Below, one piece after another: positions 1 to 7,869 of a DNA stretch of 64,000 bases (position 1 is its first letter; each line of letters starts with the position of its first letter). The notes beneath the pieces are model-generated. The model was not told the origin of the DNA. It searched no databases and was given only the letters and a program-made list of their open reading frames with translations. The stretch is from assembly GCA_046350875.1 (NCBI GenBank), contig JAXLZQ010000003.1, positions 37,579 to 101,578 of the forward strand, read 5' to 3'. Origin of the DNA: Patescibacteria group bacterium. GTDB lineage: Bacteria; Patescibacteriota; Microgenomatia; UBA1406; GWC2-37-13. The position numbers were made by a program, and so were the translations under genes.

Positions 1-170
1 CACCAATTGATAAGAAAGCTACTTTTGTAAGACTATCTTTAGAAAAGAATTTCATATATATTTCTTACTTATATTTTGCCTATTTATACCACTAATAAAT
101 TTTGTCAAATTTTCCATTATATATTGATAATTAGACAAATGTAAGATATAAAGCAATAAATACAAAAGTT

Positions 171-635
171 TTGAATCTGATGAAAAGATCAAATTTACTC
201 ACAAAAAATGCCCATACGAAACTTGTTGTTGAGCTTGAAGGATTGGAGAGGTCGAGACCAAGCGCCGTTTCTGAGCTTGCATGGGCAAGGGACTTGGGAG
301 ATAGGAGTGAAAATGCAGCATACAAATCTGCTCGAACAAAGTTATCTAGGCTAGACAGTAGAATAAGATTTCTAAAAAAAACTCTTGAAAACTCAAGGAT
401 TGTGGATAATGCTCCCAAAGGCATAATCGGCATAGGCTCAAAAGTAGTCTTGAAGTCGGGCGATAAGACAGTGTCTTACGAGGTCGTTGGCGATCATGAA
501 ACTGATCCTTTGAAAGGCAAAATATCATACAGATCGCCACTTGGCACCAAATTGATTGGTAAAAAAGAAGGTGCAAATTTTGAACTGCAAACTCCAAAAG
601 GAATAGCTAAATATCAAGTTGTGAAAATTGAGTAA
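171..635 (+). CDS. greA: Transcription elongation factor GreA
   Basis: 154-aa ORF with a GreA/GreB-type N-terminal coiled coil (ARDLGDRSENAAYKSAR) and a C-terminal domain (ISYRSPLGTKLIGKKEG). Confidence 0.85.
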   Translation: MNLMKRSNLLTKNAHTKLVVELEGLERSRPSAVSELAWARDLGDRSENAAYKSARTKLSRLDSRIRFLKKTLENSRIVDNAPKGIIGIGSKVVLKSGDKTVSYEVVGDHETDPLKGKISYRSPLGTKLIGKKEGANFELQTPKGIAKYQVVKIE

Positions 636-704
636 CACAGCATGAATTCTGTCATTTTGGGTTACAATACTTTGAAAATAAAATAAACGAGTTTAGGGTA
701 GAGT

Positions 705-777
705 CGGAATGTAGTTCAGATGGTAGAACACACGGTTCGGGACCGTGAGGTCGAGGGTTCAAGTCCCTCCATTCCGA
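705..777 (+). tRNA. tRNA-Pro (anticodon CGG), no encoded CCA
   Basis: Hand-folded 73-nt cloverleaf: acceptor CGGAATG/CATTCCG, D stem GTTC/GAAC, anticodon stem CACGG/CCGTG with loop TTCGGGA, T arm GAGGG-TTCAAGT-CCCTC, discriminator A. Confidence 0.85.
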
Positions 778-789
778 CTCTACCCTAAA

Positions 790-897
790 TAGTTCAGACC
801 AGCCTGCCTCGCGTTGCGATTAGCAAGGCGGGCACGGTGGTAGAACACAAAGGTTTAGGGACCGTGAGGTCGTGAGATCAAGTCTCACTGCTCCGAC
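790..897 (+). pseudogene. tRNA-Pro-derived tRNA-like copy with a 39-nt hairpin insertion in the D loop and no acceptor 5' strand
   Basis: TAGTTCAGA...TGGTAGAACAC matches the tRNA-Pro D arm but is interrupted exactly between CAGA and TGGTA by 799-837 (hairpin GCCTGCC/GGCGGGC). The anticodon arm is damaged. The T arm GTGAG-ATCAAGT-CTCAC is still perfectly paired. The 3' end TCCGAC matches tRNA-Pro. Confidence 0.5.
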
Positions 898-913
898 AAA
901 AAAATGTGGCGGG

Positions 914-955
914 CGGGACCGTGCCTGTCCGCCTTTGGAGGAAGGTCGAGGGTTC
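914..955 (+). other. Third tRNA-Pro fragment (anticodon-loop 3' side to start of T loop) split by a 19-nt insertion
   Basis: CGGGACCGTG (914-923) and AGGTCGAGGGTTC (943-955) are identical to adjacent segments of tRNA-Pro but are separated by 924-942. GTCCGCCTTTGG (927-938) pairs with CCAGAGGCGGAC (959-970). Confidence 0.5.
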
Positions 956-962
956 CCGCCAG

Positions 963-1018
963 AGGCGGACTAACTGATAGATAAGACTCACAATGTTCGT
1001 CAACTCTCAGTTGAGCAA
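963..1018 (+). repeat. Copy 1 of a conserved 56-nt tRNA-adjacent module (AGGCGGACTAACTG...CAACT-NNN-AGTTGAGCAA)
   Basis: Gap-free alignment with 57284-57339 gives 47/56 identical positions. The internal hairpin CAACT-CTC-AGTTG differs from copy 2 only in its loop. Confidence 0.6.
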
Positions 1019-1095
1019 TTACCGCATTCATAAAACTACTAATACCCGACTGTAGTAACTTGTATTTTTATATCGGCAAGTACTATACTAAAATT

Positions 1096-1869
1096 ATGCT
1101 CACTTCATTTTTATCTCTGAGAAAAAGTAGTACAGTTATTGTAATTACAACTATATTATTGTTAATTTTTGACTTCTTGCTAGGTATATACATTGGTAAA
1201 GCTTCACAAATAAAAAATCATCAAGAAGAGATATCTCGATTGAAGAGTAATTTCATTAGTGAAAGAGATAATTACGATGTACAAATCCAAAAACTGAATA
1301 CAGAAATCTATGCAATAAAGAATGATGTTGGTTTGCTGCTTGATACAAACGAAGAGAAGTTTAGTAAAAAGTTGATGGAGCTTTATTCGCCGTTTATAGA
1401 AAACAAGATGGTTGAAGTGACTCGGTTCAAATACAGAGACTCAACAATTATTAGAAAGAGTGTAAAAATTGACGACAAGTCCGGAATAGAAATTTGGCAA
1501 TATGATGGAATGACTAATGCTCCTATGAAAGGTCCACCTGGTCAATTTGTGACTTTTGGTGGTTATGAAAATTATCTAAATCATGCAAAATCTGTTAGTG
1601 ATGAGATAAAAGAATGGACTGAACCCTACCAAACAAAAAAAGGTTTAAAGATGTATTACGAATACGAATATTCACCGAAAAGCATTGGTGTAGTGTCACT
1701 AAACATATATTTACCTTACCTTTACTATAGAGTGCCAAAACCTGCGGTATTAAGAGTATGGACTTCTAATATTGGCGGACGTCCAGATACAAAAAATGAT
1801 GTGTTAATTATAAAAACAAAAACTGCGCTCAATAAAATTGCAGATACTATAGAGTTGTTTGACCAATAG
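1096..1869 (+). CDS. Hypothetical membrane-anchored protein
   Basis: ORF 1060-1869 with the likely start at MLTSFLSL (1096). One N-terminal TM helix and a coiled-coil segment. No family recognised. Confidence 0.5.
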   Translation: MLTSFLSLRKSSTVIVITTILLLIFDFLLGIYIGKASQIKNHQEEISRLKSNFISERDNYDVQIQKLNTEIYAIKNDVGLLLDTNEEKFSKKLMELYSPFIENKMVEVTRFKYRDSTIIRKSVKIDDKSGIEIWQYDGMTNAPMKGPPGQFVTFGGYENYLNHAKSVSDEIKEWTEPYQTKKGLKMYYEYEYSPKSIGVVSLNIYLPYLYYRVPKPAVLRVWTSNIGGRPDTKNDVLIIKTKTALNKIADTIELFDQ

Positions 1870-1938
1870 CATCAATTTTGACTACTACAATATACTTTAA
1901 TATAATTTGATTGATACTAAGATATCTTAATTCTGTAA

Positions 1939-2364
1939 TTATTCGAAGTTGTAAACTCTTTTGAATCTTCTAGCATGTCTTAGTCTTCGAGAATCGCGTC
2001 TGCATCTTTTAACCCTGTCATCAACTTGATAGCCTCCGATATTCATAGTGTCAATAAATATAGGGGTGGATTGATTCGGGGTGCCATTAACCAGCACATG
2101 CCCATGAACTGGAGCTCTTCGAAAAGTAGATCCATCACGACGATCTGATCTTATAAAAGTATGTCTATTTCCATCCGAATGACATGTAATTCCAAAACTT
2201 CCCAACTGTTGTAAAAGCGGTTTTTTCCTACTAAGCCCGTAATCTTCGTACTCTTTAATTCGAGGTATTCTAGGAGCTTTAGTCCCTGAACGTATATTTG
2301 CAATGTGTGGTAGACCATCTTGATCTTCGAATTCTATTTCTTTTATCATTCGCCAATTATACAC
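1939..2364 (-). CDS. Hypothetical protein with an Arg-rich C-terminus
   Basis: 141-aa ORF and the only long ORF in this interval. No family recognised. Confidence 0.35.
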   Translation of the reverse strand: MYNWRMIKEIEFEDQDGLPHIANIRSGTKAPRIPRIKEYEDYGLSRKKPLLQQLGSFGITCHSDGNRHTFIRSDRRDGSTFRRAPVHGHVLVNGTPNQSTPIFIDTMNIGGYQVDDRVKRCRRDSRRLRHARRFKRVYNFE

Positions 2365-2384
2365 CTGACTATTAGGTGTGTAGT

Positions 2385-3077
2385 TTATTTTGCTCCACCC
2401 ATCTTGGTTTCGGGGTGAAGCTCTGTGGTGGCTTTGCGTCTTGGTTGACCTAGCTTTTGCTTTTGTTTGCCTTGTCCAGCTCCTGCCTGATTCTCTTCTT
2501 CCTTCTTCCGCTTATCTGCTTCTTCCTTTTTCTTTCGCTCTTCTTCCTCTGCTTTTTTCTTTTCATTTTCTACTTTACGCTTTTTTTCTGCTAAGAATTG
2601 CTCATATTCCTGGTTGTATTTCTTGAAGAATTTTTGCTGCTCAGGCGTAATAGTCTTGTCGTGTTTACTTCTGAGTTTGCTCATATCAAGCGGCGTGTGG
2701 TTGTCTTTGGATTTTTTTTGCTCCCGCTCCATTGCAGTTTTTTTAGCGGCTTCTGAGCCAAGCTGAGGTACTCCATATAGATCACGAAGCCAAGCGTCAG
2801 GGTCACCCAGTGATTTCAGCTCATCAACCCCAGACGTGTTATTTGATTGCGAGTCTTTACCTCCATTGTCTTTTACGCCATACACATCCTTCACCCAAGC
2901 ATCAGGGTCACCAAGAGACGTGAGTTCTTTGATGCCTGCCGAGTTTTTGCCTTGGGATTTGGGTAGGTTTTGCATTTGCTGAAGTGGAGGTTGACTTGAG
3001 GGTTTGGATTTTGGATCAGATACCCCTTGCTCTAGCATTTTCTCAAAAGAATCTTCGTTATTATTTTGTGTAGCCAT
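2385..3077 (-). CDS. Hypothetical Lys/Glu-rich protein with a duplicated LGDPDAW[VL][KR]D[VL]YGV motif
   Basis: 230-aa ORF with two copies of the LxSLGDPDAW..D.YGV motif and a charged KKEE-type C-terminal half. Confidence 0.5.
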   Translation of the reverse strand: MATQNNNEDSFEKMLEQGVSDPKSKPSSQPPLQQMQNLPKSQGKNSAGIKELTSLGDPDAWVKDVYGVKDNGGKDSQSNNTSGVDELKSLGDPDAWLRDLYGVPQLGSEAAKKTAMEREQKKSKDNHTPLDMSKLRSKHDKTITPEQQKFFKKYNQEYEQFLAEKKRKVENEKKKAEEEERKKKEEADKRKKEEENQAGAGQGKQKQKLGQPRRKATTELHPETKMGGAK

Positions 3078-3155
3078 AATTTGACTTAAACATTATAACT
3101 ATACAGCTGGTGGCAGACAACCTTATAAACCTTAAAAACTTTAGAAACCGGATCA

Positions 3156-3461
3156 CTATATTATCCCTATTTCTGCTTTTGCTTCTTCAGACATCATGCC
3201 TTCATCCCATGGCGGGTCCCAAGTAAGCTCAACTTCAATCGTATCTGGATTGTATCCGAGAGGCTCAAGTGCTTTGTATATATCATTATGAATCGTATTG
3301 AAAAGGGGCAGCCCATGGAAGTGAGTGCTTAATTATTTTCACATTTTTCTCATCAGGAAATTCTACCGTATATCGAGTCCAAGATCGACAATTGAGATAT
3401 CAAGTTCCGGGTCGATCACATTTTTGAGAATTGTGAAAACGTCCTCACTTTTGTATTTCAT
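3156..3461 (-). pseudogene. Frameshifted DUF59 (MIP18/SufT-like Fe-S assembly) gene
   Basis: On the minus strand the N-terminus reads MKYKSEDVFTILKNVIDPELDISIVDLGL. Recognisable family segments (YTVEFPDEKNVKII, ALTSMGCP, NTIHNDIYKALEPLG...VELTWDPPWDEGMMSEEAKAEIG) then lie in three different frames. No intact ORF of 60 aa or more exists here. Confidence 0.55.
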
Positions 3462-3520
3462 ATTTTTTTCCATTATACCTACAAGATTGTAGCTTTCTAT
3501 GGTAAACTTTCCTTTCCCTT

Positions 3521-3970
3521 ATGAAAAATAATAAACCAGTACCAGGAGTTGATTATGTAGGTATTTCTGTTGGTGTTCATTGTCTGAACTCTAAAGGCGA
3601 GATCTTACTTACAAAAAGAAGTATCAAAGCAAGAGACGAACATGGGGCTTGGGACAAAATTGGTGGTGGCACAAAACACAACGAAAAATTAGAAGATGCC
3701 GCCAGACGAGAGGTTCTCGAAGAAACTGGCTGTGAAGCTAAAAATCTCACATTTTTGGGATTTGAGGAAGTATTCCGTGAACATCAAGGCAAAAAGACTC
3801 ATTGGATTTGCATGATATACAAATGCGAGATAGATCACGCCAAAGTATGCGTAAATATACCCGAAGCTGATGATTTTGGATGGTTTAGTTTGGATAATTT
3901 GCCCACACCCCTTACTTCACAATTTCACAAACAATTGGTTCATTTGTTGAGATACAATTCCAGCAAATAA
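3521..3970 (+). CDS. NUDIX hydrolase
   Basis: 149 aa with a Nudix box GGGTKHNEKLEDAARREVLEETG. Confidence 0.8.
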   Translation: MKNNKPVPGVDYVGISVGVHCLNSKGEILLTKRSIKARDEHGAWDKIGGGTKHNEKLEDAARREVLEETGCEAKNLTFLGFEEVFREHQGKKTHWICMIYKCEIDHAKVCVNIPEADDFGWFSLDNLPTPLTSQFHKQLVHLLRYNSSK

Positions 3971-3982
3971 ATATATTAAGAG

Positions 3983-4573
3983 ATGGAAAAAACTATAATA
4001 GAGTATCTAAACAAAGCCGAAAAATTAAAATCTACTCTCCGACACAATTGGACATCAACAGGTAGACAAGAAAGCTCTGCAGAGCATACCTGGAGAATTG
4101 CTTTATTTTTTATTATTCTTCAGGAAATATATCATCTCGATGTTGATCCTTACAAAATGTTAAAAATGATTATTATTCATGATTTGCCTGAGATAACATC
4201 TGGTGATATAGCTGGCTGGATGAAAGATGTTGATCCCGAAAAGCACAAAACACATAAAGAATTAGAACAGAAAAATGCCAAAAATGTATTCTCTGGTTTA
4301 CCTGAAAAATTGTCAGAAGAGCTATTTTCATTATTTGAGGAGTTTGAAAGCAGTAGTTCCAAAGAAGGTAAGCTGGGTAAGGCGCTAGATCGTATAGAGT
4401 CACAACTACAGCATCTTGAGGCTGGAGAACATACTTGGAGCAAAGAAGAAAAAGGTGAGCATATGCTCAACTATCCAGAAGAAGCCCTCAAAAATCTCGG
4501 AAATGAGAATATTTCAAATATCTGGAAAATTATTAGAAAAGATATTGAAAAAATTACATACCAAAACTCGTAA
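3983..4573 (+). CDS. HD-domain phosphohydrolase (YfbR-like 5'-nucleotidase family)
   Basis: 196 aa with ESSAEHTWR ... IIIHDLPEITSGDI, i.e. the H...HD...D metal motif. Confidence 0.75.
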   Translation: MEKTIIEYLNKAEKLKSTLRHNWTSTGRQESSAEHTWRIALFFIILQEIYHLDVDPYKMLKMIIIHDLPEITSGDIAGWMKDVDPEKHKTHKELEQKNAKNVFSGLPEKLSEELFSLFEEFESSSSKEGKLGKALDRIESQLQHLEAGEHTWSKEEKGEHMLNYPEEALKNLGNENISNIWKIIRKDIEKITYQNS

Positions 4574-4641
4574 CTACTAATACTTTTTTCTGATTTCAAT
4601 TTAGTATAATGCAAGCTCTGTTAAGAATTGAATAAACACTT

Positions 4642-4899
4642 ATGTTGAATAACTTGATGGGAAATCTAAAAGATCTTGGAAATGTCACAAAGCTCAAAGC
4701 GATGTATGACGAGCTAAAGAAACTCGAGGTGGTTCATGAGCAAAATGGTGTCAAAGTAATTGCACGAGGCGACCTTCAGATCAAGGAACTCCAGGTAGAT
4801 GGTATAGTCGAAGGACGCATCATGAATGCTATAAACGAGGCTCTCAAAAAGGTCCAGATGCAAGCTGCCCAGAAACAAATGCAGATGGGGAACAAGTAA
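4642..4899 (+). CDS. YbaB/EbfC-family nucleoid-associated protein
   Basis: 85 aa with the size and pattern of YbaB (N-terminal helix, central beta part, C-terminal Q/M-rich tail). It sits next to recR as in many bacteria. Confidence 0.6.
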   Translation: MLNNLMGNLKDLGNVTKLKAMYDELKKLEVVHEQNGVKVIARGDLQIKELQVDGIVEGRIMNAINEALKKVQMQAAQKQMQMGNK

Positions 4900-4982
4900 G
4901 TTCCAAATTCCACATTCCAAGTGCCAAGTAATCAAAGGATGGCTCTATAGACTCGGAATTCGGAACTTGGTACATGGAATTA
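4899..4982. terminator. Bidirectional hairpin built from inverted heptamer arrays between convergent ybaB-like and recR
   Basis: The left arm AGTTCCAAATTCCACATTCCAAGTGCCAAGT and the right arm ACTCGGAATTCGGAACTTGGTACATGGAATT are imperfect reverse complements (21/31 in one register). Each consists of about 4 units of a 7-nt repeat, and a T-rich run follows on the + strand. Confidence 0.45.
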
Positions 4983-4984
4983 TT

Positions 4985-5605
4985 TTACATGGAGTTGCGT
5001 CCTTCTATCGCTTTTTTGAGGGTGACGTAGTCGGCGTATTCTACATTTCCACCCATCGGCAGTCCATACGCCAAACGGCTCACTTTCACTTCAACCCCAG
5101 TATCTTCTTGCAACCTTTGGATCTCTTTTTTGATAAAAACCGCAGTTGCTTCTCCTTCCATATCGGGATTTGTGGCAAGAATCACCTCTTTTACTTCTCC
5201 GCTTCTAATACGAGATATTAGATCATATATTGTCAGATCTCCAGCCGACACTCGATTTAGCGGATCAATTTTTCCGTGCAAGACATGATATAAGCCTTGG
5301 TATATACCGCCAGTCTCAAATGACAAAATATCAAGCACTGATTCGACAACTGTTACAACAGATGAGTCTCGCCTTGCATCTGAGCATATCTCGCATGTAT
5401 CGCTATCCTCGCTCACGTTCTGGCAGACCTTACAACGGACAGTGTTGCTTTTTAGTTTGGCAACGGCATCTGCAAAATCTCTGAGGTCGCCTTCTGGTAG
5501 GCGCATAAGGAAAAAAGCCAGTCTATTGGCACTTTTCTCACCTATTCCAGGCAGTCTCTGGAGAAAAAGAGAAATTTTTTGTAACGATGAAGGTAATTTT
5601 GCCAT
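4985..5605 (-). CDS. recR: Recombination protein RecR
   Basis: 206 aa with a helix-hairpin-helix LPGIGEKSANRLAFFL, a Cys4 zinc finger CKVCQN..CEIC and a Toprim domain. Confidence 0.9.
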   Translation of the reverse strand: MAKLPSSLQKISLFLQRLPGIGEKSANRLAFFLMRLPEGDLRDFADAVAKLKSNTVRCKVCQNVSEDSDTCEICSDARRDSSVVTVVESVLDILSFETGGIYQGLYHVLHGKIDPLNRVSAGDLTIYDLISRIRSGEVKEVILATNPDMEGEATAVFIKKEIQRLQEDTGVEVKVSRLAYGLPMGGNVEYADYVTLKKAIEGRNSM

Positions 5606-5631
5606 AATTGCTAAATCAAGTATCTAATACA

Positions 5632-5982
5632 TTAAGAAAGCATCCCCATACAAAGCCCAAATAGCAAAAATGGCAAAAGAACTGGGGTGATGAGACCCCA
5701 TGCAAATGGTCTCTTTCCTTTTCTGAAATAATAGACGAATGCAACAATAAAACCAACAATTGTTAAAAGGACTGTAGATACTATAAATTCTAGAGGGGGT
5801 TTTGCATAGATTGAGGAAGAGATTAATATCGTTCCGACGACACTTGTGACCAGGTAGGCTATGATAAGACCCGCTATATACTGTGATACTTTATTAGATT
5901 TTGTTGGGCTTTGTGTCTGTGGCGTAGTGCTCACATTTGGTATTTCTTGCACTGTTTGCTGCGTATTTTGATTTTCAATCAT
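5632..5982 (-). CDS. Hypothetical small membrane protein
   Basis: 116 aa with a polar N-terminus followed by about three hydrophobic helices. Confidence 0.45.
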   Translation of the reverse strand: MIENQNTQQTVQEIPNVSTTPQTQSPTKSNKVSQYIAGLIIAYLVTSVVGTILISSSIYAKPPLEFIVSTVLLTIVGFIVAFVYYFRKGKRPFAWGLITPVLLPFLLFGLCMGMLS

Positions 5983-6024
5983 ATTTGATATGAAAAATTA
6001 AAGTAATAATAACAGAATTAATCG

Positions 6025-6819
6025 TTAATTGTATTTTTTGGAAAAATTCAGTTTGTTAAAGCGCAATGTGATTTCGGTTCTATATTTCCACATCATTTTT
6101 ACAATCACCAAAATTGAGATAATTTGATATATGGTAAGTTCTAAGATTTTGTAATTCTCGTATTTGATAAACTCCAAAAAAAATCTGAATACGAAGTATG
6201 ATGTAAGAAATAAGTCAAATAGCTGACCATCCTTTGGCTTTTTGCCAAGTAATTTTAGAAGTAGCGTGAACAAAACCATATCAAAAATTGCTTCATAGAT
6301 TTGTGTTGGGTGTCTGAGTTTGTTATCTCCAAAGTCGACTCCCCATGGTAGGCTAGTCTCTACTCCATAGCAGCAGCCCGCCACAAAACATCCAATTCTA
6401 CCAACTGCCATTGAGAGGCAAACTGCCGGAGCGATGTAATTACCTTTTCTTCCTTCTATTTTTAATAATCTTTTTACAATATATATACCAATCATTCCAC
6501 CAAGTATTCCCCCGACAATAGATTTATCAGATGTAAGAAAAGTGAAAATAATATTTGTGCTAGTCACAAGAAAAAAGTGTTTCAACAATCCAACTATTTT
6601 TGCTCCCAAAATGCCTCCTGTGATAGCTCCAAATATTAGCGCGAAATTTGAATCATTTACTTTATGATATTTTCTCAGGATCAAAATGTAGGTGATAATC
6701 CCGACAAAAAGTGAAATGGTTACAAATAAACTATATACAGAAATTCTTATTGGTCCAATAACCATCTCGGGTATCAAACCCCAATTCGCTAGGTGATTGT
6801 GTGAATCTAGAATGAACAT
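6025..6819 (-). CDS. lgt: Prolipoprotein diacylglyceryl transferase
   Basis: Multi-TM protein with the Lgt signature RHPTQIYEA and a G-rich segment. The start is uncertain (6840, 6819 or 6765). Confidence 0.8.
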   Translation of the reverse strand: MFILDSHNHLANWGLIPEMVIGPIRISVYSLFVTISLFVGIITYILILRKYHKVNDSNFALIFGAITGGILGAKIVGLLKHFFLVTSTNIIFTFLTSDKSIVGGILGGMIGIYIVKRLLKIEGRKGNYIAPAVCLSMAVGRIGCFVAGCCYGVETSLPWGVDFGDNKLRHPTQIYEAIFDMVLFTLLLKLLGKKPKDGQLFDLFLTSYFVFRFFLEFIKYENYKILELTIYQIISILVIVKMMWKYRTEITLRFNKLNFSKKYN

Positions 6820-7274
6820 TTTTTTACAATTGAACAACAACCTTTTTTAGTAAGACATGCTCTAAGTTTTGATGCCGGACAGTAACCAAATGCACTTATA
6901 GTCTTTACAATTGCGAAAATAAATACTGTTGACCATCCAATTCGAGGAAATGTATAAAGCAAGACAATATTTATTAATCCAAAGATAAATGCTACCAAGT
7001 GAGCGAGTCTTATATCTGTTGCATCAACTAGGATTTTGGGACTCTTAATAATTCTGGCAAATGTCCAATCGAAGAACATGATCATAGGAGCACTTTTGAC
7101 AGTTAGTAAAAATGAAACTCCAAAAACCAAAGTCACAAAAATAACCAGTTCTTTACTTTGTAATATCAGACTTAGCCATATCAAAACAGATAGTGTATAG
7201 CGACAAAATGAAAAAGAATTTTTGTTGACTAATTCGGGTTTGGAAGATGTAAAATCAATTAGTTTTCCTAACAT
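6807..7274 (-). CDS. Hypothetical multi-TM protein with a C-terminal Cys cluster (possibly DUF4395-like)
   Basis: ORF 6807-7343. About four TM helices and C-terminal GYCPASKLRACLTKKGCCS. The start is uncertain. Confidence 0.35.
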   Translation of the reverse strand: MLGKLIDFTSSKPELVNKNSFSFCRYTLSVLIWLSLILQSKELVIFVTLVFGVSFLLTVKSAPMIMFFDWTFARIIKSPKILVDATDIRLAHLVAFIFGLINIVLLYTFPRIGWSTVFIFAIVKTISAFGYCPASKLRACLTKKGCCSIVKKCSF

Positions 7275-7869
7275 AAAACATATTTGGGAATAACATTCCG
7301 ACTCTAGACATATATTCCTTATACTCTCCAAATGTCTCAACAAGTAATTTTTCTTCCTGTTTGGCTCGATATATCATAGCTGGTATGAAGATAATTGTGT
7401 TTGCAAGAAAAATCAAATAGTTTGTATAAACTAGGGCAATTCCATAGCAAATCAATATGAGTGATGCATATAGAGGGTGTCTTACGTATTTGTAGGGCCC
7501 ATCTTCAACGAGGTTGTGTGTGTCATAAATTCGGACCTGATTCCCCCAATTCAAACCCAAACTCATCCTCCCCCAAATATTAATAGTTGTGCCGAAGATT
7601 ACGAATGTGACTCCCAATATGCTCAGTTGGTAGTAATAGTCTTCAATATTAAATGCACCTATATGGAACCTATACAATAAGTAGATTAATACAAAAAAAC
7701 AAGACATGGAAAAAGTTTCAACAATGCTTTTTTTCTGTTTTCTTATCGACTTATCTTTTTTGGCAGTAATGAAGTTTTCAATTATAAAAATAGTCAATGA
7801 GAGAGTGCAGATAGCTACTATTGCGTTAACTGTTATCAAAAAGTAATAATTTATATTTTCAGTGATCAT
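7255..7869 (-). CDS. Isoprenylcysteine carboxyl methyltransferase (ICMT)/phospholipid methyltransferase family protein
   Basis: Multi-TM protein with the motif LVEDGPYKYVRHPLYASL. The start at MITENINYY overlaps the stop of the upstream ORF as ATGA. Confidence 0.75.
   Translation of the reverse strand: MITENINYYFLITVNAIVAICTLSLTIFIIENFITAKKDKSIRKQKKSIVETFSMSCFFVLIYLLYRFHIGAFNIEDYYYQLSILGVTFVIFGTTINIWGRMSLGLNWGNQVRIYDTHNLVEDGPYKYVRHPLYASLILICYGIALVYTNYLIFLANTIIFIPAMIYRAKQEEKLLVETFGEYKEYMSRVGMLFPNMFYVRKTN

Noticed and set aside
935-960. GGAGGAAGGTCGAGGGTTCC resembles the RNase P RNA CR-I/P4 sequence GAGGAAAGUCCGGGC
   Set aside because: The match is explained by a fragment of the tRNA-Pro variable/T-arm (AGGTCGAGGGTTC). 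No CR-IV/CR-V counterpart, P4 3' strand or 300-400-nt structured context is present.
963-1018. GGACTAACTG...AGATAAG loosely recalls group I intron R/S elements (GACUAAAUG / AAGAUAUAGUC)
   Set aside because: The P7 pairing partner is found only in copy 2 (GGACT/AGTCC). No P3/P4/P6 core could be identified, and no interrupted host gene is evident. This is too weak to call.
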